A program made the position numbers and the translations under genes. Positions 10,114-17,823 of a stretch of 64,000 nucleotides of DNA are shown here, in pieces. How positions within the stretch are numbered: position 1 is the first letter of the stretch; each line of letters starts with the position of its first letter. The DNA is from Angustibacter luteus (lineage in GTDB: Bacteria; Actinomycetota; Actinomycetes; Actinomycetales; Angustibacteraceae), in NCBI RefSeq assembly GCF_039541115.1, contig NZ_BAABFP010000002.1, positions 930,001 through 994,000 of the forward strand. The letters are read 5' to 3'. The notes beneath the pieces were generated by a model, which was not told where the DNA came from, did no database searches, and saw nothing but the letters and a program-made list of their open reading frames with translations.

Positions 10114-10335
10114 TCAGCGGTACCGGAAGACGATCCGGCCACGGGTGAGGTCGTACGGGCTGAGCTCGACGACCACGCGGTCCTCGGGGAGGATCCGGAT
10201 GTAGTGCTGACGCATCTTTCCTGAGATGTGCGCCAGCACCTTGTGGCCGTTGCTCAGCTCGACGCGGAACATCGCGTTCGGCAGAGCCTCGACGATCGTG
10301 CCTTCGATCTCGATGACACCGTCCTTCTTCGCCAT
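10114..10335 (-). CDS. infA: Translation initiation factor IF-1
   Basis: [12 protein letters not shown]...[15 protein letters not shown]. Confidence 0.98.
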   Translation of the reverse strand: MAKKDGVIEIEGTIVEALPNAMFRVELSNGHKVLAHISGKMRQHYIRILPEDRVVVELSPYDLTRGRIVFRYR

Positions 10336-10527
10336 GTCCTCCGCAATCCGTTGTGTCGTGGGCCGCCCGCACGCGGACGAACCCCCAGGTGGTGGTGCTG
10401 CAGCGCACGCGTGACAGCGTCCTCATGCCGCCAGAACCAGCCGCGGGACGGGGCGAGGACGAGGGTGCTCGTGAGCCGACACAGCAGAATACGCCAGATC
10501 GTGCTCAGACCCCAAATGCGACCGTGC

Positions 10528-11925
10528 TCAGACGGTCAGCACGCCCCCCTCGAAGGCTTGCTGCGTCCCGCCGCCGTCCACCGCGGTCGCCGGTCCCACG
10601 GGGTATCCCCACCGGCCCGTCTCCGCGCCGTCCTGCTTCCAGCGGGTGAAGACCGCGCCGGTCACGGACTGCGTGGTCGTGCTCGTGGTGTCCGCGATCA
10701 CGCCGCGCTCGAAGTACTGGATCCACCGGTCGCTGCTGACCACGCGGTCCTTGACCGGGAACCCCAGGGCGCTCTTCTCGCCGCCCAGCGCCTTCCAGAC
10801 CGTGTAGGAGGTGCCGCTGAGGTAGGCGGTCACCGAGCTGGTCGTGTCCGCGATCACGCCGTGCTCGAAGTACTGGATCCACCGGTCGCTGCTGACGACG
10901 CGGTTCGTGATCGGGTAGCCGAGCACCCCGGAGTAGCCGCCCAGCTGGCGCCAGCGGCCGTACGCGACGCCGAGCACCAGGGCGGTCGCCGAGCTGGCGG
11001 TGTCGGCGATCCCGCCCTTGTCGAAGTACTGGACCCACTTGCCGGACGTCACCACCTTGTCGCCGCGCGGGTAGCCCAGGCTCCCCCGCTCGCGGCCCTG
11101 GGCGACCCACACGGTGTAGGCGTAGCCGAAGACCGCGTGCGCCCCGTTCTCGGGCCGCCAGCTGATCGCTCCGTGCTGGTAGTTCACGTACTTGCCGATG
11201 CCGTCGCCGACCGCGCGGTCAGGTCCGGTGGACGCGCCCAGGGGCGAACCCAGCGACCCGAGCGCGTCGTACTTGCGCGAGATCGGGCTGCACCCCTGCA
11301 GGCACGGCGCGTTGTGCTCCGCCGTCGCGTTGTCGCTGAGCGAGGTCGTGGTGCAGTTCGCCCACTTGTACGGCGCCACGCAGCTCACCACCCGGCAGGC
11401 CACCCCGCCACTGCACTTCACGTGCGTGTTGCACTGCCCGTAGCGGAAGGCGTTGCAGCACACCCGACGCTGGTCGCAGGTGGACTTGGAGCCGCACTTG
11501 CAGCTGCAGCTCCAGCAGCCGGAGCTGCAGATGTTGTCGTCCGAGCAGCCCGACGTGCACTTCGAGCAGCTCGCGTTGCAGTCGGTGATGTAGCGGTAGC
11601 CGCCGCAGCACCACGACGAGTCGGCAGCCTTCCACCAGCCGGCCGCGAACGTGCCGGGCGGGCAGGCGTTGACGCCCTTGTTGATCGTGCAGCACATCAC
11701 CGTGTAACCCGCCGCGCACGACGCGGCCGGGCCGCACCCCACGGCGGCGGAGGCGGTCATCGGGGTGAGCACGTAGTTGCGTGGGTCGACGACGATCGCC
11801 GACCCGACCACCGCCGTCCGCACGAGGAAGCCGCGGCGGCTGAACCGGCCCAGCCGGTTCGAGACCCGCTCGACCAGTCGCATCGTGGGGCTGCTGGCGG
11901 TCGTCGCCTCCTGCAGGGTGGTCAC
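10528..11925 (-). CDS. Tat-exported Cys-rich protein (MauA/amine dehydrogenase light-chain-like) fused to LGFP repeats
   Basis: SRRGFL Tat motif (aa 29-34), ASA cleavage site; 26 Cys in aa 64-212; NACPPGT..GWW and YITDC motifs; about 5 LG[YF]P repeats; AGGAG SD and GTGA overlap. Confidence 0.8.
   Translation of the reverse strand: MTTLQEATTASSPTMRLVERVSNRLGRFSRRGFLVRTAVVGSAIVVDPRNYVLTPMTASAAVGCGPAASCAAGYTVMCCTINKGVNACPPGTFAAGWWKAADSSWCCGGYRYITDCNASCSKCTSGCSDDNICSSGCWSCSCKCGSKSTCDQRRVCCNAFRYGQCNTHVKCSGGVACRVVSCVAPYKWANCTTTSLSDNATAEHNAPCLQGCSPISRKYDALGSLGSPLGASTGPDRAVGDGIGKYVNYQHGAISWRPENGAHAVFGYAYTVWVAQGRERGSLGYPRGDKVVTSGKWVQYFDKGGIADTASSATALVLGVAYGRWRQLGGYSGVLGYPITNRVVSSDRWIQYFEHGVIADTTSSVTAYLSGTSYTVWKALGGEKSALGFPVKDRVVSSDRWIQYFERGVIADTTSTTTQSVTGAVFTRWKQDGAETGRWGYPVGPATAVDGGGTQQAFEGGVLTV
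10688..10904. repeat. Intragenic direct repeat (two LGFP units, 156-nt period)
   Basis: 10688-10748 vs 10844-10904, 59/61 identical. Confidence 0.9.
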
Positions 11926-12401
11926 GGCAGGGCTCCTGTCCGCAGCATCTCGGTCCTGCTGGCGACCCGCACCGACCGCACCATCGCCTGCGCCCGAGGC
12001 ACGGTCGCCATCCGCCGCGAGTGCGCCCCGAGGACGACGAACAGGCAGAACGCCCGACCACCCTCGGAGAAGAAGTGCTGGGCCGCGCTGACTCCGGGGT
12101 AGGACCGGGCCAACCGGTTCGTGGCGAACTGCGACGGCCGCAGCGCCGGCCGGCCCTGCCGCGCGAACAGGCCCTGGTCGGCCACCTCGGTGCCGTAGTC
12201 GATCAGCGAGACGAAGACGTCGTCGGCGCCGAGCAGGTCGATCACCCCCGAACCGAAGTCCCCTCGGACGGCGGGCAGCGGCCGGGTGCAGGCGTGCAGC
12301 ACCGGGTGGGTGACCTCGTCGGCGCCCAGCGGCTCGCGGCGGAAGACCCGTGTCTCCCAGCCGTGCTCGGCCGGCACCGTCAACCCGTACCTGGACGCCA
12401 T
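11922..12401 (-). CDS. Hypothetical soluble protein of the mau-like operon
   Basis: ATG at 12401 after GGAG (track start 12413); stop overlaps the next start; no signal peptide. Confidence 0.8.
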   Translation of the reverse strand: MASRYGLTVPAEHGWETRVFRREPLGADEVTHPVLHACTRPLPAVRGDFGSGVIDLLGADDVFVSLIDYGTEVADQGLFARQGRPALRPSQFATNRLARSYPGVSAAQHFFSEGGRAFCLFVVLGAHSRRMATVPRAQAMVRSVRVASRTEMLRTGALP

Positions 12402-12403
12402 CG

Positions 12404-13090
12404 TCAGCTCCATCCCGAGGCGACCACGACGGTCGCGGTCAGCACCAGCGCGCCCCGCGCCAGCCGGTCCACCGGTCGGGCCCAGCGGTCGAGCCGGGCG
12501 AAGAACCGGTGCAGGTCACCGGGCGAGTGCACGCCGTGCAGCGCCAGGATCGGCAACCCGCGGGCCACCCCGAAGACCAGGCCGAGCAGGAGCCCCACCC
12601 ACAGCTGTCCCGACCACGCCGCCAGCAGCAGCACCGCGTACACCGTCGAGCTGGTGACGATCGTCATCACCCCGGCACCGAGCTGCAGACCGAAGCCCAG
12701 GCCGTAGACCCAGCCGCGGTAGCGGGTCAGCCACGCCTCGTCGACCTGGCGCTTCCAGGACGGCAGGCCGTGCCCGCGGGCCCGCAGATCCAGGGCCAGG
12801 CCGACCAGCACCCCGATCGCCACGAGCACCGCGGCGGCCACCGAGTCACGCCAGGACGCCGGCAGCGCGCTGCCCAGGGCAGCGGCCAGCGTCCCGGCGA
12901 CCGCACCGCCGACCAACGACCCGACGAGGTAGGCGGTGACGGTCAGTCCCCACCGGGCACCACGGGCCCGCTCACCGAGCGGGCTGATGCTGGACAGCAT
13001 CGACTCACCTCAAGGTGACCAGGTCGAGCGCACCGCGGCCACGAGGGCCAGCGGCAGCCCGACGACGACGGCGACGAGCTGGGGGGTCAT
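12404..13090 (-). CDS. MauF/DsbD-like membrane protein with in-frame UGA at codon 27 (candidate selenoprotein, 228 aa)
   Basis: ATG 13090 overlaps the upstream stop (ATGA); reads MTPQLVAVVVGLPLALVAAVRSTWSP*GESMLSSISPLGER, in frame with track ORF 12404-13000; multiple TM helices, RQV and GxQLGxG motifs. Confidence 0.7.
12966..13018 (-). promoter_or_regulatory. Stacked mRNA hairpins around and after the UGA; candidate bacterial SECIS or recoding signal
   Basis: UCACC-UUGA-GGUGA (13018-13005); GAUGCU-GUCC-AGCAUC (13001-12986); GCCCGCUC-GGU-GAGCGGGC (12984-12966). Confidence 0.5.
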
Positions 13091-13932
13091 GGCTGACCCG
13101 GCTCGTCGTCCGGTGGACCGGGGTTCTCGTACATGCTCTGGTGACCCGGGTGGATCCCGGCCCCCAGCAGCTCACGGTCGATCCGGGCCAGATCCGCGTA
13201 GTCCTGCAACGGGTCCAGCCCACCTGCGCCGGCCCCGGGCCCGATCGGGCCCGGTCCGGTGCGGCCCGCGCGGCGACGCGCGTCCGCGGTGTCCGCGACC
13301 GCCTGGCCCATCAGGTCGCGCACCTGGGCCCAGGTGGTCGACGAGCCCTCGCCGGTGATCAGTCCGTCCTCGACGTACACGAAGTACGGCGAGCCGGGCA
13401 CGCCGTAGTCGGTCCAGACCGCATCGGACTGGACGACCTCGAGCCGGTCCCGGGCCAGGTCGCGCAGCCGCGACACGCTCTCCTCCTGAGGACCCTTGGT
13501 CACGACGACGAGCCGGCCCTGGCCGGGGACGTCCGGCGTTCCGACGGACAGCTCGTCCCAGAAGGTCTGGCAGACCGAGCACCCGCTCGACAGGAACGCC
13601 AGCAGGGTGCGCCGCCCACCACCGGCGACGGGGATGGTCACCTCGTCGCCGTCCAGCGTCGTCCCGATCACCGCGGCCGCCCGGACGCTGGCCGGGCGGG
13701 TGGCCGGCATGATGCCGGTCTCGAGGTCGACGTCCACCGGGCCGGTGCCGGATCCGTGCTGGTGCGCGGCCTCCCCCGCCGCACCCGCCGTCGCGCCGGG
13801 CTTCTCGAGGTCGAGGCCGGCACCCAGCTCGTGCAACGCGCGCAGGATCAGCGCGTGGCTGCGGAGCAGGCCGACCACGAGCAGGGCGAGCAGCGCGATG
13901 GCCGCACCTTCGGCGACGACGACAGCGAGCAC
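13087..13932 (-). CDS. MauD-like membrane-anchored thioredoxin-fold protein
   Basis: N-terminal TM helix then LLRSHALILRALHE; AFLSSGCSVC (CxxC); YGVPGSPY cis-Pro loop. Confidence 0.85.
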   Translation of the reverse strand: MLAVVVAEGAAIALLALLVVGLLRSHALILRALHELGAGLDLEKPGATAGAAGEAAHQHGSGTGPVDVDLETGIMPATRPASVRAAAVIGTTLDGDEVTIPVAGGGRRTLLAFLSSGCSVCQTFWDELSVGTPDVPGQGRLVVVTKGPQEESVSRLRDLARDRLEVVQSDAVWTDYGVPGSPYFVYVEDGLITGEGSSTTWAQVRDLMGQAVADTADARRRAGRTGPGPIGPGAGAGGLDPLQDYADLARIDRELLGAGIHPGHQSMYENPGPPDDEPGQP

Positions 13933-13935
13933 GGA

Positions 13936-14484
13936 TCAACCTCTCTGCGGGGCGGTGGCCGAGCGCACCGCGCTCGGGGTGACGGTGGGCAGGACGGCGA
14001 TGACCAGGTAGCTCAGCCAGGTGAGCAGGACGGCGAAGCCGAGGACGGCGACGGCCAGCGCCGGGTCGTCCGTCGCGGCCGCCCACCAGGTGCCCGCGGG
14101 CGGGTCGAGCGCCACCGCGACGCCGGACGCCGCCAGCAGGCCGGTGACCACGAGATGCGCTCGGGTGGGTGGGGTGTCCGGGCGGCCGAAGCAGCCACAG
14201 GAACCGAGGACCCCGCCGCGGGACAGGGCCAGGGCGACGAAACCGGTGAACACGAGGTAGGCGACCGCGACCAGGACGGCGGTCAGCCGGCCGGGGCGCA
14301 CCAGGGCCAGGACGCCCCCGAGCACCTCCGCGGCGGCCGCGGCGCGGACCGGCGTGCGCCCGGCCGGCAGTCCGACGGAGCGGACCGCCCGGACGAGCGG
14401 CAGTGGATCACGCAGCTTGGGGAGGCCGGCCAGGACCAGCAGCACGGCGGCCGCCAGGTAGGCGCAGACGGCGATGTTCCCCAT
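13936..14484 (-). CDS. MauE/DoxX family membrane protein
   Basis: LAGLPKLRDP, AEVLGG, SCGCFG motifs; about 5 TM helices; ATG at 14484 preferred over track start 14547. Confidence 0.88.
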   Translation of the reverse strand: MGNIAVCAYLAAAVLLVLAGLPKLRDPLPLVRAVRSVGLPAGRTPVRAAAAAEVLGGVLALVRPGRLTAVLVAVAYLVFTGFVALALSRGGVLGSCGCFGRPDTPPTRAHLVVTGLLAASGVAVALDPPAGTWWAAATDDPALAVAVLGFAVLLTWLSYLVIAVLPTVTPSAVRSATAPQRG

Positions 14485-14521
14485 GCGGCTCGACGCTACA
14501 CGGTCGGTGTCGCCGCAACCG

Positions 14522-15358
14522 TTAGCCGAGGGGGGCGAATGCGGCACCGAGCTCGGCGAGCCTCTGCGCGCCGCCGTCCAACGCCGTCAGCACCCACAGG
14601 CCGTCGTCGCCGACCGCCACGGTGTGCTCGAAGTGGGCCGCCCGCGACCCGTCCAGGCTCACCACCGTCCAGTCGTCCGCCAGCACGCGGGTCTGGGCCG
14701 ACCCGCGGGTCAGCATGGGCTCGATCGCGACGACCAGCCCCGACCGGACCCGCACACCCTTGTCGCGCACGCGGTAGTTCGGCACCTGCGGGTCCTGGTG
14801 CATCTCGGTGCCGATGCCGTGGCCGACGTACTCCTCGACGATGCCGTATCCCGCGTCGGCACCCAGCACCGTGTCCTCGACGGCGGCACCGACCGCGTGC
14901 AGCCGCTCACCCACCGCCAGGGCCGCGATCCCCCGCCACATCGACTCCTCGGTCACCCGCAGCAGGTCCAGGTCCGCCGGGTCGGCCTGCGCTTCGTCGC
15001 CGACCACCACGGTGATCGCCGAGTCGCCGTGCCAGCCGTCGACGATGGCGCCGCAGTCGATGGAGACCAGGTCACCGTCGGCGAGCCGGCGCTGGCCGGG
15101 CACACCGTGCACGATCTCGTCGTTCACCGAGATGCACACCGTGCCGGAGAACGGCGGGTGCCCGTAGCCGAGGAAGCTGGGGGTCGCACCGGCCTCGCGG
15201 ATCGTGCGCTCGGCCAAGGCGTTCAGCTCGCCGGTGGTGACGCCGGCGACGGCGGACTCGCGCAGCCGCTGCAGGGTCTGCCCGACGAGCACCCCCGCCC
15301 GGCGCATGAGGCGCACCTGGTCCGGTGACTTGTACTGGATGCGGTCGCGGCCGATCAC
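14522..15358 (-). CDS. map: Type I methionine aminopeptidase
   Basis: CISVNDEIVHGVP, DCGA..DGWHGDSA, GHGIG, AIEPM, HFEHT. Confidence 0.97.
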   Translation of the reverse strand: MIGRDRIQYKSPDQVRLMRRAGVLVGQTLQRLRESAVAGVTTGELNALAERTIREAGATPSFLGYGHPPFSGTVCISVNDEIVHGVPGQRRLADGDLVSIDCGAIVDGWHGDSAITVVVGDEAQADPADLDLLRVTEESMWRGIAALAVGERLHAVGAAVEDTVLGADAGYGIVEEYVGHGIGTEMHQDPQVPNYRVRDKGVRVRSGLVVAIEPMLTRGSAQTRVLADDWTVVSLDGSRAAHFEHTVAVGDDGLWVLTALDGGAQRLAELGAAFAPLG

Positions 15359-15367
15359 GGCGTGCCC

Positions 15368-15937
15368 TCAGTGACGGGCGTCGATGGCGGCGACGAGCCG
15401 GTCGGTCACGTCCGCGACCTCACCGAGACCGTCCACGGCCACCAGCAGCGCCCGCTCGCGGTAGATCTCGACCAGCGGGGCGGTCTCGTCGGCGTAGATC
15501 TGCTGCCGCTTGCGGATGACGTCCTCGGTGTCGTCCGTGCGACCGTCGGTGGCGGCCCGCTTGAGCAGGCGGCCCACGATCTCGTCACGGTCCACCGTGA
15601 GCTCGGCGACGACGTCCAGCGCGTGGCCCTGCTCGGCCAGCATCGCGTCGAGCTCCTCGACCTGGGCCTTGGTGCGGGGGTAGCCGTCCAGCAGGAAGCC
15701 GGGCTCGGCGTCGTCCTGCGCGAGGCGGTCGCGCACCATGGCGTTGGTGATCTCGTCGGAGACGTACCCGCCGCTGTCCAGGATCTCCTTCACCTGCACG
15801 CCGAGCGGCGTGCCCTCGGAGATGTTGGCGCGGAAGATGTCGCCGGTCGAGACCGCCGGGATGCCGTAGTGCGCGGCCAGCCGGGCTGCCTGCGTGCCCT
15901 TGCCGGCACCGGGCGGTCCGAGGATGACGAGACGCAT
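15368..15937 (-). CDS. adk: Adenylate kinase
   Basis: GPPGAGKGTQ, STGDIFR, LLDGYPR. Confidence 0.98.
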   Translation of the reverse strand: MRLVILGPPGAGKGTQAARLAAHYGIPAVSTGDIFRANISEGTPLGVQVKEILDSGGYVSDEITNAMVRDRLAQDDAEPGFLLDGYPRTKAQVEELDAMLAEQGHALDVVAELTVDRDEIVGRLLKRAATDGRTDDTEDVIRKRQQIYADETAPLVEIYRERALLVAVDGLGEVADVTDRLVAAIDARH

Positions 15938-17235
15938 CAGCGCAGGAACCCTTCGTAGTGCCGCTGCTGGAGCTGGGACTCGATCTGCTTCACGGTCTCC
16001 AGTCCGACGCCCACGATGATCAGGATCGAGGTGCCGCCGAACGGGAAGTTGCTACTCGCACCCACCAGGGCGAGGGCGATGAGGGGGATCATCGACAGCA
16101 CGCCGAGGTAGAGGGCGCCGGGAAGGGTGATCCGGCTGAGGATGTAGTCCAGGTACTCGGCGGTCGGCCGACCGGCCCGGATGCCCGGGATGAAGCCGCC
16201 GTACTTCTTCATGTTGTCGGCGATCTCGTCCGGGTTGAAGGTGATCGCCACGTAGAAGTACGTGAAGAAGATGATCAGGACGAAGTACACGAGCATGTAC
16301 AGCGGGTGGTCGCCGCGCACGAAGTAGCGGTTGATCCAGACGACCCAGTCCGAGGTCTTGTCGTGCTGGAACTGGGCGATCAGGGCCGGCAGGTACAGCA
16401 GCGACGAGGCGAAGATGACCGGGATGACGCCGGCCTGGTTCACCTTGATCGGGATGTACGTGCTGGTGCCGCCGTACTGGCGGCGGCCGATCATCCGCTT
16501 GGCGTACTGCACGGGGACGCGGCGCTGGGACTGCTCGACGAACACGACGGCGCCGACGATCACCAGCCCGATCGCGATGACCAGGAAGAAGACGCTCCAG
16601 CCCTTGGCGGCCTTGATGGCCCACAGGGCGGTCGGGAAGCTCGCGGCGATCTGGGTGAAGATCAGCAGCGACATGCCGTTGCCGATGCCCTTGTCGGTGA
16701 TGAGCTCGCCGAGCCACATGATCAGGCCGGTGCCGGCCGTCATGGTCAGCACCATGATCATGATCGTCGACCAGGAGTCGCTGGGCACCAGGTCGTTGGC
16801 GCAGCCGGGGAACAGCGTCCCGGGGTTGCGCGCGACGGACACCAGCGTCGTGGACTGCAGGACCGCGAGGCCGATCGTCAGGTAGCGGGTGTACTGGGTC
16901 AGCTTGGCGGTGCCCTGCTGACCCTCCTTCTTCAGCGCCTCGAACCGCGGGATGACCACGGTGAGCAGCTGCACGATGATGCTCGCGGTGATGTACGGCA
17001 TGATGCCGAGCGCGAAGACGGACAGCTGGAGCAGTGCGCCGCCGCTGAACATGTTGACCAGGCCCAGGAGCGAGTTGTCCTTGGTCTGGTCGATGCAGGT
17101 GCGCACGGCCGGGTAGGAGATGCCCGGCGTCGGGATCAGCGAGCCCAGCCGGAACAGCGCCATGATCGCCATGGTGAAGAAGATCTTCTTGCGCAGATCA
17201 GGCGTGCGGAATGCCCGTGCGAACGCGGTGAGCAC
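15937..17235 (-). CDS. secY: Preprotein translocase SecY
   Basis: SVFALGIMPYITASII, GIGNGMSL, FIPGIRAG; GTG start after GGAGG. Confidence 0.98.
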   Translation of the reverse strand: MLTAFARAFRTPDLRKKIFFTMAIMALFRLGSLIPTPGISYPAVRTCIDQTKDNSLLGLVNMFSGGALLQLSVFALGIMPYITASIIVQLLTVVIPRFEALKKEGQQGTAKLTQYTRYLTIGLAVLQSTTLVSVARNPGTLFPGCANDLVPSDSWSTIMIMVLTMTAGTGLIMWLGELITDKGIGNGMSLLIFTQIAASFPTALWAIKAAKGWSVFFLVIAIGLVIVGAVVFVEQSQRRVPVQYAKRMIGRRQYGGTSTYIPIKVNQAGVIPVIFASSLLYLPALIAQFQHDKTSDWVVWINRYFVRGDHPLYMLVYFVLIIFFTYFYVAITFNPDEIADNMKKYGGFIPGIRAGRPTAEYLDYILSRITLPGALYLGVLSMIPLIALALVGASSNFPFGGTSILIIVGVGLETVKQIESQLQQRHYEGFLR

Positions 17236-17299
17236 GAATCCTCCAAATCCACCGCGGTGGCGGCGTTGACGGCCCGTCACGACGGACCTGCGGACGATA

Positions 17300-17335
17300 A
17301 CACCCCGGAACCCGGCGAGGCGGGGTCCGGGGTGT
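17300..17335 (-). terminator. Stem-loop between rplO and secY
   Basis: ACACCCCGGA...TCCGGGGTGT inverted repeat. Confidence 0.5.
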
Positions 17336-17369
17336 CAGCCGTGAGCCCGGGTCTCGGGCTCGAAGCGGG

Positions 17370-17822
17370 CTACAGCTCGGTTGCGCTGCCCCCGGCCGCG
17401 GCGATCTTGTCCTTCGCCGACGCCGAGAACTTGTGCACGGTGACGTTGACCGCGACCGAGATGTCGCCGGTACCCAGGACCTTCACGGGCTCGCCCTTGC
17501 GGACCGCCCCCTTGGCCACCAGGTCGTCGACGGTCACGTCGCCGCCGTCCGCGTAGAGCTCACCGAGACGGTCGAGGTTGACCACCTGGTACTCCACCCG
17601 GAACGGGTTCTTGAAGCCGCGCAGCTTCGGCAGCCGCATGTGCAGCGGCGTCTGGCCACCCTCGAACGTCGCCGGCACCTGGTAGCGCGCCTTCGTGCCC
17701 TTGGTACCGCGACCCGCGGTCTTGCCCTTGCTGCCCTCACCGCGACCGACCCGGGTCTTGGCCGTCTTGGCCCCCGGTGCCGGGCGAAGGTGGTGCACCT
17801 TCAGCGTGGTGTCCTTGGCCAT
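17370..17822 (-). CDS. rplO: 50S ribosomal protein L15
   Basis: [16 protein letters not shown]...FEGGQTPL. Confidence 0.98.
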   Translation of the reverse strand: MAKDTTLKVHHLRPAPGAKTAKTRVGRGEGSKGKTAGRGTKGTKARYQVPATFEGGQTPLHMRLPKLRGFKNPFRVEYQVVNLDRLGELYADGGDVTVDDLVAKGAVRKGEPVKVLGTGDISVAVNVTVHKFSASAKDKIAAAGGSATEL

Positions 17823-17823
17823 G

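Noticed and set aside
11290..11736. Cys-rich region as a multihaem cytochrome or RiPP precursor
   Set aside because: It has no CxxCH motifs; it is part of a 465-aa protein; no radical SAM, LanM or YcaO enzyme is nearby.
13005..13223. 72-aa track ORF bridging the MauD-like and MauF-like genes
   Set aside because: It overlaps the MauD-like CDS out of frame and has Arg-rich shadow composition; the ATG-13090 frame explains the interval better.
10528..14484. Calling the cluster a bona fide methylamine dehydrogenase (mauFBEDA) locus
   Set aside because: There is no heavy chain, MauG or electron acceptor gene; the light-chain-like protein has about twice the Cys, no clear second TTQ Trp, and an LGFP tail. 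Gene symbols were withheld.
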